Origin: Chthonomonadales bacterium
GTDB taxonomy: Bacteria; Armatimonadota; Chthonomonadetes; Chthonomonadales; Chthonomonadaceae
DNA length: 32,786 bases
Direction of reading: 5' to 3'
NCBI GenBank assembly: GCA_038217285.1
Contig: JBBQPO010000027.1
Span: 1 to 32,786, forward strand
This document shows positions 1 through 8,672 of this stretch, piece by piece. The position numbers and the translations under genes were made by a program. The number at the start of each line of letters is the position of its first letter. Within the stretch, counting starts at the first letter, position 1. Under the pieces are notes generated by a model. It saw only the letters and a program-made list of their open reading frames with translations, was not told the origin of the DNA and ran no database searches.

Positions 1-2
1 CC

Positions 3-884
3 TTTGCGCAGGAGTTCGGAACGGCTGCGTTTGTCGATGCCGCCGCGATGATGCGTGAGACGAAACTCGACTTTGTGGATATCGTGACTCAGCCAGAGTC
101 GCATCGCTCGCTGGTCGAACTTGCCGCCGCGCATCGACTGCCCATTATCTGCCAGAAGCCGCTGGCGCGTGAGCCGGAAGACGCCCAGGCGATGGTCCGC
201 GCCTGCGCCGCAGCGGGCGTGCCGTTCATGGTACATGAGAACTTCCGGTGGCAGAAGCCGATGCGCGCGCTTAAGGCCGAAGCCGCCGGTCTTGGCGAAC
301 TGTTCTTCGGGCGCATCAGTTTCCGCAGCGCCTACGATGTATTCCGTAACCAGCCCTATCTTGCCGAAGATCCCCGTTTCATCATCGCCGATCTCGGCGT
401 GCATCTGCTCGATCTCGCACGATTCTTCTTCGGAGAGGTGGCTGCGCTGACCTGCTCTACGCAGCGCATCCATCCGGCCATCAAAGGCGAGGATGTCGCG
501 ACCATCCTCCTTAAGATGCGGAGCGGAGCCACCTGCCTGGTAGACCTGAGTTATGCCACCCAACTGGAAATGGATCTCTTCCCGCAGACGCTGGTCACGC
601 TCGAAGGTCGCGCCGGATGTGTCACTCTCGGCCCGCACTATGCCGTGACAACAGTTCGCGGTAGGGAAACTACCCACCGTACATTGACACCGCCGCTCTA
701 TTCCTGGAGCCAGCCCGTTTTTGAATTCGTGCAGGACAGCGTGGTGACCGCGCAGCAGCACTGGATCGACTGCTTGCACACCGGCCGGGAGACGGAGACC
801 TCGGGTGCGGATAACCTGAAAACCTTGGATCTGGTCTTTGGATCCTATCGTTCCGCCGAGACCGGGGAGATCTACCATCCATGA
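3..884 (+). CDS. apsD: Gfo/Idh/MocA oxidoreductase, probable D-apiose dehydrogenase (5'-truncated by window edge)
   Basis: Frame is open from nt 3 (FAQEFGTAAFVDAAAM...). Motifs: DIVT..ESH, ICQKPLA, MVHENFRWQ, DLGVHLLDLARF. Stop overlaps the RLP start (ATGA, 881-884). Apiose specificity is inferred from the neighbouring genes. Confidence 0.75.
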   Translation, partial: FAQEFGTAAFVDAAAMMRETKLDFVDIVTQPESHRSLVELAAAHRLPIICQKPLAREPEDAQAMVRACAAAGVPFMVHENFRWQKPMRALKAEAAGLGELFFGRISFRSAYDVFRNQPYLAEDPRFIIADLGVHLLDLARFFFGEVAALTCSTQRIHPAIKGEDVATILLKMRSGATCLVDLSYATQLEMDLFPQTLVTLEGRAGCVTLGPHYAVTTVRGRETTHRTLTPPLYSWSQPVFEFVQDSVVTAQQHWIDCLHTGRETETSGADNLKTLDLVFGSYRSAETGEIYHP

Positions 885-2152
885 GAATTCTAGCCACCTA
901 TCTTCTGGAGACGCCTCACCCGGTGGAGAGGGTAGCGGAGGTCATCGCAGGCGAGCAGTCCTCCGGAACCTTTGTACCGGTTCCGGGCGAAACTCCGGAA
1001 CTCAAGGAGCGCTCCGGGGCGCGCGTAGAACGCATTACGCTGCTGGACTCCACAGACACGCCGAGTCTGCCGGGGTGTCGCGCACCGAAAGGCGCTTCCC
1101 GGCCGCTTCGTTATCAGCGTGCCGAAATGGCGATATCGTTTCCGTACGACAACATCGGCGCAAACCTTCCGACTCTCGTGGCGACGGTCTGCGGCAATCT
1201 TTATGAGTTGAGTGACCATTCCGGCCTGAAACTGCTGGATCTGGAGCTTCCCGACGTCTATGCACAGCACTATCCTGGTCCCCAGTTCGGTATCGACGGC
1301 ACCCGACGGCTTTCCGGCGTGTACGACCGCCCCCTGATCGGCACCATTGTCAAGCCCAGCGTTGGGCTTACCCCGCGCCAGACGGCGGAACTGGTGCGCG
1401 AACTGGTGGAAGCCGGCCTGGACTTTATCAAAGATGACGAGCTGATGGCCAACTCTCCTCACTCGCCTCTCGAGGAGCGGGTACACGCTGTGATGGACGT
1501 CATCAACTCCCATGCAGAGCGTACCGGCAGGAAGGTCATGTTCGCATTCAACATTACCGACGACCTGGACAACATGCTTCGGCATCACGATACCGTACTG
1601 GCCGCAGGCGGCACCTGTGTCATGATCAGCCTGAACAGCGTGGGATACGCCGGCGCCTGCCATCTGCGCCGTCACTGCGCGCTGCCGATCCACGGCCACC
1701 GCAACGGTTGGGGTCTGTACACGCGCTTTCCCTACCTCGGCATAGCGTTTGCGGCCTATCAGAAACTGTGGCGACTGGCGGGTGTGGATCACCTCCACGT
1801 CAACGGACTGCAGAACAAATTCTGGGAGCCGGACGACTCGGTCGTCGCCTCGTTTCATGCCTGCCTGACCCCCCTGTTCCCCGGTGTAGACAGATCCTAT
1901 AACTGTATGCCCGTGGTCGCTTCCGGGCAGTGGGCAGGCCAGGTGCCGGAGTCCTATCTTCGGTTTGGAACCACCGATCTCATGCATGTTGCAGGCGGCG
2001 GTATTATGGCCCATCCTGGCGGACCTGGAGCGGGAGTCGCCTCCATGCGGCAGGCCTGGGAGGCTGCCATGCAGGGGATCGCTCTGGAGACCTATGCCCG
2101 GTCGCACCGCGAACTCCAGGAAGCGATTGCGAAGTTCAGCAGATTGAACTAG
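881..2152 (+). CDS. oiaT: RuBisCO-like protein (form IV), 3-oxo-isoapionate-4-phosphate transcarboxylase/hydrolase or decarboxylase (OiaT/OiaX type)
   Basis: AGEQSSGTF, GPQFGI, GTIVKPSVG (second catalytic Lys replaced by Ser, so not a true RuBisCO), DFIKDDE carbamylation motif, HGHR, GGGIMAHP. Lies next to a DUF1537 kinase and ApnO. The OiaT versus OiaX assignment is uncertain. Confidence 0.75.
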   Translation: MRILATYLLETPHPVERVAEVIAGEQSSGTFVPVPGETPELKERSGARVERITLLDSTDTPSLPGCRAPKGASRPLRYQRAEMAISFPYDNIGANLPTLVATVCGNLYELSDHSGLKLLDLELPDVYAQHYPGPQFGIDGTRRLSGVYDRPLIGTIVKPSVGLTPRQTAELVRELVEAGLDFIKDDELMANSPHSPLEERVHAVMDVINSHAERTGRKVMFAFNITDDLDNMLRHHDTVLAAGGTCVMISLNSVGYAGACHLRRHCALPIHGHRNGWGLYTRFPYLGIAFAAYQKLWRLAGVDHLHVNGLQNKFWEPDDSVVASFHACLTPLFPGVDRSYNCMPVVASGQWAGQVPESYLRFGTTDLMHVAGGGIMAHPGGPGAGVASMRQAWEAAMQGIALETYARSHRELQEAIAKFSRLN

Positions 2153-2180
2153 ACGCGCCCCCTACCGGAAGGACAAAGAG

Positions 2181-3548
2181 TTGACACTGCCCGAAGGCTT
2201 GCTGCTGAGTTTCTACGGAGACGACTTCACCGGATCGACGGATACGATGGAGGTGCTTGCGAACGTCGGACTGCGGACAGCGCTGTTTCTCAGTCCGCCA
2301 ACTCCGGAAGAGCTTGGCCGGTTTGAGGGACTACGGGCCGTTGGCGTCGCGGGGGTCAGTCGCAGCCTGACTCCTGCTGAAATGGATCGGGAGATCCCGG
2401 AGATCTTCGCGCGACTGCACGCATTGAAAGCGCCGCTCTTCCACGTGAAGGTCTGTTCCACCTTCGACTCTGCACCGCACATCGGCAGCATCGGGCACAC
2501 CATCGAAATCGGGCAGCGGCTGTTTCCGTCCGACTTCGTGCCGCTGGTGGTGGGCGCGCCGTCGCTCAGCCGGTTCTGCGTGTTTGGAAACCTGTTCGCC
2601 CGCTCCGGGCCGGAGAGCGACGTGTTTCGTCTTGATCGGCATCCGACGATGTCGCGCCATCCGGTCACGCCGGCGGAGGAGGGTGATCTACGGCTTCATC
2701 TTGCACGGCAGACGACGCATAGCATCGGGCTGGTAGACGTTCTGCAGTTGGATTCAACTGCAGAGCATGTCGCGGCATCACTGCAAAGGCAGGTTCAGGC
2801 GGGCAAGAAAATCGTTCTGTTCGACACGCTTACAAAGGCGCATCTGGCGTCCATCGGGCGACTGTTATGGCAGCGAGCGCGTTCCGCGCCTCCCCTCTTC
2901 ATCGTCGGCTCCTCCGGCGTGGAGTATGCCCTGACCGCATTCTGGAAGGAAGAGGGCCTGCTGGCACCCCTGCCTCGTTTTGCTGTCGGCCCCGTGAAAC
3001 AGATCGCCGTCGTGTCCGGAAGCTGCTCTCCCGTCACCGCGCAGCAGATAGACTGGGCGACAAAGAACGACTTCGCGGAGGTCGCGCTCGATCCGGTACG
3101 CCTGCTCCGTGCGGACGGCGACGGCGCAGCCTTGGAAGCGTACTGCGCGACGGCTCTTGCCGCGATGCAGCAGGGGCGCAGTGTCATCCTACACACCTGC
3201 CGGGGTCCGGAAGACCGCCGGTTGGTGGAAGTAGATCAGGCTTTTCCACACTCTTCCTCCGAGAGGGCGGGACGCCGCCTTGGCATGATCCTCGGGCGCA
3301 TTCTGCGAACGCTTGTGGAGCGAACCGGCATCCGGCGCGCCGTCGTGACAGGCGGCGACACCTGCGGCTACGCCGCACGCGAAATGGGAATCACGGCTCT
3401 TGAGATGGCGGCTCCGATCGCGCCCGGCTCTCCGCTCTGCCGCATCTATGCAGAGAACGCCTCGCTGGACGGAATGGAGATTCTCTTCAAAGGCGGGCAG
3501 GTAGGGCCTATCGACCTTTTCGGCAACATTCTCAATGGATCTCAATAG
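2181..3548 (+). CDS. oiaK: Four-carbon acid sugar kinase family (DUF1537), 3-oxo-isoapionate kinase
   Basis: N-terminal YGDDFTGSTD, KVCSTFDS, GSCSPVT, TGGDT and C-terminal KGGQVG are family signatures. TTG start after GGA RBS. Sits between the RLP and apnO. Confidence 0.85.
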   Translation: MTLPEGLLLSFYGDDFTGSTDTMEVLANVGLRTALFLSPPTPEELGRFEGLRAVGVAGVSRSLTPAEMDREIPEIFARLHALKAPLFHVKVCSTFDSAPHIGSIGHTIEIGQRLFPSDFVPLVVGAPSLSRFCVFGNLFARSGPESDVFRLDRHPTMSRHPVTPAEEGDLRLHLARQTTHSIGLVDVLQLDSTAEHVAASLQRQVQAGKKIVLFDTLTKAHLASIGRLLWQRARSAPPLFIVGSSGVEYALTAFWKEEGLLAPLPRFAVGPVKQIAVVSGSCSPVTAQQIDWATKNDFAEVALDPVRLLRADGDGAALEAYCATALAAMQQGRSVILHTCRGPEDRRLVEVDQAFPHSSSERAGRRLGMILGRILRTLVERTGIRRAVVTGGDTCGYAAREMGITALEMAAPIAPGSPLCRIYAENASLDGMEILFKGGQVGPIDLFGNILNGSQ

Positions 3549-3563
3549 AAGGGAATCAGCACA

Positions 3564-4403
3564 ATGACGACGATCGTGTTATTGGGCGCGGGCGGCAAGA
3601 TGGGCTGCCGTCTCACGGACAACCTGAAGAATCACCCGGAATACGAGATGCTCTACGTCGAGGTGAGCGAGGCGGGGCTCGCCCGGATGGCGGAGAAGCA
3701 GGTATCGCCGACTCAGATGGACACAGCGCTGGCCCGCGCCGACGTGGTTATCCTGGCCGTGCCGGACGCCTTGATCGGCAGGATCAGCGCGGAGATCGTG
3801 CCCGATCTGCAGGCCGGCACGCTTGTCCTGGGACTGGATCCTGCCGCGGGGTATGCGGGCGTGTTTCCGGAACGTGGAGACATCTCGTATTTCGCGGCCC
3901 ATCCCTGTCATCCGCCGCTCTTCATGGAAGAGACGACCCGCGAGGCGCAGACAGACTGGTTCGGAGGTTATCATGCGCGCCAGAGCGTGGTGTGCGCCCT
4001 GATCCAGGGCCCCGAATTCCACTATGTACTGGGCGCAAAGATCGCCGCCGATATGTACGCGCCGATACTGCGCATGCATCGCATCACCGTTGAGCAGATG
4101 GCGATCCTGGAGCCTGGGGTCGTTGAGACGACCTGCGCCTCGCTCGTTACCGCCATGAGGGAGTCCCTCGACGAAGCGATCCGGATGGGCGTTCCGGAAG
4201 AGGCTGCCTGGGACTTTGTCATGGGCCACATTCGCATCGAACTCGCGATCGTTTTCGGCTTTGCCGGTTTTCCGTTCTCCGACGGTGCGAAGCTTGCGAT
4301 TCAAAACGCACAATCGCAGATCTTTCAGCGTGACTGGAAGCAGAATGTGCTTTCTCTGGAAGCGATCCAGCAACAGGTACGCGACATCACGCATAAGAAT
4401 TAG
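3564..4403 (+). CDS. apnO: D-apionate oxidoisomerase
   Basis: Rossmann LLGAGGKMG, VILAVPD, AHPCHPPLF, ALIQGPE, QMAILEPG, GVPEEAAWDF..GH match the ApnO (PGDH_C) family; context agrees. Confidence 0.88.
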   Translation: MTTIVLLGAGGKMGCRLTDNLKNHPEYEMLYVEVSEAGLARMAEKQVSPTQMDTALARADVVILAVPDALIGRISAEIVPDLQAGTLVLGLDPAAGYAGVFPERGDISYFAAHPCHPPLFMEETTREAQTDWFGGYHARQSVVCALIQGPEFHYVLGAKIAADMYAPILRMHRITVEQMAILEPGVVETTCASLVTAMRESLDEAIRMGVPEEAAWDFVMGHIRIELAIVFGFAGFPFSDGAKLAIQNAQSQIFQRDWKQNVLSLEAIQQQVRDITHKN

Positions 4404-4421
4404 GAAAGCGAGATACTCGAT

Positions 4422-7400
4422 ATGACGAAAATGAGCCGATGCCGTCTCCTGGTACCCCGTGTATTTTATCTGGCCGCCATCTGCGTCTTCCTCGTGCAGA
4501 GGATGGCGCCGGCATCCGCACAGATGGTCACGGGGAAGGACATGACGGATTTCGCGAAGGTGTTCAAGCTTGGCAACAGTCCGCAGAGCGATTCGGTGAG
4601 CGCGGATCTGCTCTCCAGCACGATCCCCGGCAATATCCTCTGGCCGAACGAGAAAATCACACTCACGCTCCGCATCACAAATCGCCTCACAACCCCGTTG
4701 GACGCGACCGGCAACCTGGACACTATCCCCTACGGGACAAAGGGGAAACCAGGAGATGTCTGGGTTCCGACCGTAATCAATATTGGCGAACCCCGTTCGA
4801 TGCCTGTGAGTATCAAGCTGGGCGCCGGCGCGACGTCCATGCTCACGATAACGCCCGACATTCCGGCTCGGTTGGGAGCCTACGGCCTCGTTCTGGATCT
4901 CGGGCCGCCGTACGGCAGACGCTTCCTGGTCTCCTGCGTGCGCACATTCAAGCCGGATTCGGCTCGGGTCCAGTATCCGACGCTCAGCCTGGACGATCTT
5001 GGCCCGAAGGTTCTTCAGCGACTGGGAGTCCACGCCATCCGCTGGGGGGTCGGCTATAAACCAACGACGGACGCCGATTTTGAGCGTTGGTACCAGGCGC
5101 AGGGACAGCAGTTGAAAGAGCTTCAGGATTCCGGCGTCACCGTGTTGGCGATGGTAGGCGGAGGAGAGTTCTTCGGACCAACACAGCCGCTCGGACGCCC
5201 GCGCCCGTGGCTCGACGCGAGCGGCACGATGCTCGATACAAAGTTCGACCTCGCCTGGTCTCCTGCCTATGACGAGGATTTCCGGAAGTTCGTACACCGT
5301 TTCTGTGCGGATTACGGCTGGCCCAGGGGACCGATCACCGCCTGCTCTCTGTGGAACGAACCCTGGGAAGGGATCTCGATCTCGGGATGGGGCGCAGATA
5401 TGCTCCGCTACCGGGATATGTATGCCAAGATGGCGGCAGGTGTCGCGGAGGCCCGGCGCGATGCCAGGGTGGATGTGCTTGTCGGCGGCTGCGACTCCTC
5501 CTCGAACGCGCTGGACAAGCTGTTTCCGGATGGAACCGACCGCTTCCTGAACGATTTCGACTTCCTGAGCGTGCACTATCAGGGGATGGCATCATTTGCA
5601 AACTACAAACCCTGGTTGAACCGCAAAGGCCCACGGGGCAGGGTACGGATCTGGGACACGGAGAGTTGGGTGGCCAACACCGACGATCGGGTCGCCGCCG
5701 TTATCGCAGCCAACCGCTCTGCCGGATACGACCGAGCCATGGGTATCTACGGCGGCAATATCCACGAGGGACAAAACGCCTGGTCGGCTGCGGCCGCTGT
5801 CGGCGCAGCACAACATTTCCTGGGTGACCGGAGTTTCAAGGAAATGGTCTTCAAAAACGGCCTTCCCTGGGCGATGGCGTTCGAGGGTCTGAACGGGAAT
5901 GCGGAGGATGGCACGGTCGTTGTCGTCGGTGACCTGGGGGAGGAGTTCGGCGCAGACAATCTGCTCTTCCGAACGGCGCGAGGGGTGACGGAGGTTGCGC
6001 ACAAAGAAGCGATGTACAAACAGCTTGACGCGCTCACCTTCACGGAAGCCGCCTCCCCTGCCCCCGGCGCCGGAGAGCATACTGGGCGGCAACGGTCGCT
6101 TACGCGGCGAGAGGCGCTGCTCAAGGAGATTCAAAAATCCGAGACGCTGTCTCATGCACAGATGCGCGTGGCCGACAGAAATCAGATCGTTCGCGCCTAT
6201 GACTTTTACGGCAACCCGGTCCCGACCAGCGGAGGCTCCCTCGTCATCCCGCTCGACGGGCGCGGTTTCTTCCTGCGTGGCAACGGACAACGGGGCTCCT
6301 TCGCCGCTCTACTGTCCGCCCTCCGAACGTCCCGTGTGGAAGGTATCGAACCGATTGCAACAACGGTTCACGACCTGACAGCGCCTGTCGGGGAGCGTCC
6401 AACGCTGCGCCTCACCCTCACCAATGTGTTGAACCGCGCCGTGCGCGGTACGCTCACGGTCAAGGCAGGCAGCCTGGTTTTGGAACGTAACGTGCAGCCC
6501 CTCGCTTTCGCCGGGAACGAAACAAAGCAGATATCGCTGCGCGTCTCGGGCGGAAAATCGGCTGCTGGCAACACGTATCCGCTGGTGCTGCGGTACGATG
6601 CCGGCAAGGACGGCCTTGCGGTCCATCGAGAAGAGATTCATGCGAACGTCATCGCGAAACGCACGATAACCATAGACGGCAAACTTGACGACTGGATGGG
6701 CGTGCTGCCGCAAACTATCGTCAGCGATGGCGGGTCGCCGACGCTGACAGAAGCGGCGTGGTTCCCGTTCAAAAGCTTCGACGCAAACATGGGACAAGGA
6801 GTAGCCACGGGCTACCTCGCTGCCGACGACACCTACTTCTACTTTGCCGCCAAAATCGCCGACTCCACGCCGGATGGCGGTACACTGCGCTTCGAAACTC
6901 GGGACGACGACGCCTTCTTCTACCCGGCCGTCTCGTATGTTAAACGCCTTAACCATCCCGGAACTGCCCCTGTCAAGGAGTCCGACACCTCCACTCCACA
7001 GCCACTGATATGGCCGGAAGGGATGCGGCGATACTCCTACCGGATGGACCCGATCGTTCCGTCCGGAAACTTCCCTAACTTCGACAACGTGCAGATCGCG
7101 TTCAATGTGCTGCCCCGCGAGCAGAAACGCTTCACGGCCAACCCACCCGGCACCATGCCGGACTATACGATATCCCCGGACACGGACTACGAGTATGCGC
7201 TCAATAAGGTGGCGGAGAAGTACGGAGGCGGCACCGAGATATGGCGACTGAACGCGCCGGGAATGCCGCTCAAGCATTTCTACCCGCGTCAGCCGAAGTC
7301 TCCACTGGACGGTCCCGTCCAGAACGGGAAGCTTGTGGTCGTTCACGACGGAAATACGCGAATCGTCGAAGCGGCTATTCCCTGGTCGGAGATTCCTGAA

Positions 7401-7580
7401 GTCAGAGCGTGCAAAGAGGCGGGGAAGCCGATCAAGTTCTCTTTCCGCATCAACGACAATGCCGGGGTCGGCTGCATGGAGCTTGCACGGGGACGGAGCG
7501 TCTCCAAGCACGGCGGCTCATTCCATGTGGACTGGGTGGAACACTGGGAGAACCAGGTCGAGTTTGGCTGGGGCAAATAG
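4422..7580 (+). CDS. Large secreted clan GH-A-like (GH39-like) glycoside hydrolase with C-terminal CBM9-like domain
   Basis: Signal peptide ending ASA-Q. Putative acid/base motif LWNEPW, SVHY, putative nucleophile IWDTESW. C-terminal ITIDGKLDDW...GYLAADDTYFYFAAKIAD resembles CBM9. Confidence 0.65.
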   Translation: MTKMSRCRLLVPRVFYLAAICVFLVQRMAPASAQMVTGKDMTDFAKVFKLGNSPQSDSVSADLLSSTIPGNILWPNEKITLTLRITNRLTTPLDATGNLDTIPYGTKGKPGDVWVPTVINIGEPRSMPVSIKLGAGATSMLTITPDIPARLGAYGLVLDLGPPYGRRFLVSCVRTFKPDSARVQYPTLSLDDLGPKVLQRLGVHAIRWGVGYKPTTDADFERWYQAQGQQLKELQDSGVTVLAMVGGGEFFGPTQPLGRPRPWLDASGTMLDTKFDLAWSPAYDEDFRKFVHRFCADYGWPRGPITACSLWNEPWEGISISGWGADMLRYRDMYAKMAAGVAEARRDARVDVLVGGCDSSSNALDKLFPDGTDRFLNDFDFLSVHYQGMASFANYKPWLNRKGPRGRVRIWDTESWVANTDDRVAAVIAANRSAGYDRAMGIYGGNIHEGQNAWSAAAAVGAAQHFLGDRSFKEMVFKNGLPWAMAFEGLNGNAEDGTVVVVGDLGEEFGADNLLFRTARGVTEVAHKEAMYKQLDALTFTEAASPAPGAGEHTGRQRSLTRREALLKEIQKSETLSHAQMRVADRNQIVRAYDFYGNPVPTSGGSLVIPLDGRGFFLRGNGQRGSFAALLSALRTSRVEGIEPIATTVHDLTAPVGERPTLRLTLTNVLNRAVRGTLTVKAGSLVLERNVQPLAFAGNETKQISLRVSGGKSAAGNTYPLVLRYDAGKDGLAVHREEIHANVIAKRTITIDGKLDDWMGVLPQTIVSDGGSPTLTEAAWFPFKSFDANMGQGVATGYLAADDTYFYFAAKIADSTPDGGTLRFETRDDDAFFYPAVSYVKRLNHPGTAPVKESDTSTPQPLIWPEGMRRYSYRMDPIVPSGNFPNFDNVQIAFNVLPREQKRFTANPPGTMPDYTISPDTDYEYALNKVAEKYGGGTEIWRLNAPGMPLKHFYPRQPKSPLDGPVQNGKLVVVHDGNTRIVEAAIPWSEIPEVRACKEAGKPIKFSFRINDNAGVGCMELARGRSVSKHGGSFHVDWVEHWENQVEFGWGK

Positions 7581-7618
7581 CCCGGCCACACAGTGGACCG
7601 GAGAAGGAACAGAACCCA

Positions 7619-8644
7619 ATGAAGAAGATCTTGATCATCGGCGGTACCGGACTGATCAGCACCCCGATGACCCGCCTTCTGCAGGCACGCGGTGATCAGG
7701 TAATGGTCTACAATCGCGCGAAGCGGTCCCAGGACTTGCCGGACAGTGTAGGGCAGATGATCGGTGACCGCAACGATTACCCTGCTTTCGAGGCTGCGAT
7801 GCGGGAAGCCGAGCCGTTCGACGTCGTTATCGATATGATCTGCTATAAGCCGGGCGATGCCGAGAGTCTCTCCCGCGCGTTTGCCGGACGCGTGGGACAG
7901 ATGATCGTCTGCAGCACCATCGATGTCTACGCGAAACCGGCGGGCCGCTACCCCATCACCGAAAGGGAGCCGCACCGACCGCCACCCTGGGAATACGCTC
8001 AGAACAAGGCAGCCTGCGAGGCGATCCTGCAGCGTGCGCACGAGCGCGGTGACTTCCCCGTGACCATCCTCCGCCCTGCCCACACCTACCATGACGGCGG
8101 CACCCTTCTGCACAGCTTTGGCGGTGGCACCACGTATCTCGACCGGCTTCGCAAGGGCAAACCGATCGTAGTGCATGGCGATGGAAGTTCGCTCTGGGCC
8201 TCCTGCCATGCAGACGACGTGGCCCGCGCGTTTGTCGAAGCGGCGGGCAGTGCCCGTACATTCGGAAAGTCGTACCATACGGCGGGCGAAGAGTGGATGA
8301 CCTGGAACCGAATGCATGAGATCGTGGCCGAGGCGCTGAACGGGCCACCTCCCACGTTCGTCCATATTCCCACCGATGTTCTTGCGAGCATGGCCGGGCG
8401 CGCCTTCATCTGCCGCGTCAACTTCCAGTACAACAACATTTTCGACAACGCGGAAGCGCGCCGTGACCTGGAATTTCGCTGTACGATGCCGTTTGCGGAG
8501 GGCGCACGGCGTGTCGTCGCCTGCCTGCAGGCGACCGGCCGAATAGCGAACAGCGACGACGATCCCTACGACGACCGCATCATCGATACATGGCAGCGTC
8601 ATCAGGAACAGTTAAGGGACCTGGACATTGTCACGACAGAATAG
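7619..8644 (+). CDS. NAD-dependent epimerase/dehydratase (extended SDR)
   Basis: Likely start ATG 7619 (MKKILIIGGTGLIS) after GAAGGA; CSTIDVY, YAQNK (YxxxK), ILRP, HADDVA. The ORF-track start at 7409 overlaps the upstream gene. Confidence 0.85.
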   Translation: MKKILIIGGTGLISTPMTRLLQARGDQVMVYNRAKRSQDLPDSVGQMIGDRNDYPAFEAAMREAEPFDVVIDMICYKPGDAESLSRAFAGRVGQMIVCSTIDVYAKPAGRYPITEREPHRPPPWEYAQNKAACEAILQRAHERGDFPVTILRPAHTYHDGGTLLHSFGGGTTYLDRLRKGKPIVVHGDGSSLWASCHADDVARAFVEAAGSARTFGKSYHTAGEEWMTWNRMHEIVAEALNGPPPTFVHIPTDVLASMAGRAFICRVNFQYNNIFDNAEARRDLEFRCTMPFAEGARRVVACLQATGRIANSDDDPYDDRIIDTWQRHQEQLRDLDIVTTE

Positions 8645-8672
8645 AACTGCGAAAGTAGAACGGAGACGAAAC

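Noticed and set aside
881-2152. True RuBisCO / CO2 fixation
   Set aside because: KPS replaces KPK, there is no small subunit or phosphoribulokinase nearby, and the context is sugar-acid catabolism.
3579-5576. 665-aa antisense ORF (and similar shadows at 890-2107, 6309-7511, 7343-8602, 8631-9590, 10851-11948, 31129-32112)
   Set aside because: They lie opposite well-supported genes, have no motifs, and are typical high-GC codon-bias shadows.
7619-8644. SDR as UDP-apiose/UDP-xylose synthase
   Set aside because: Tempting from context, but I see no subfamily-specific resemblance and the operon is catabolic.
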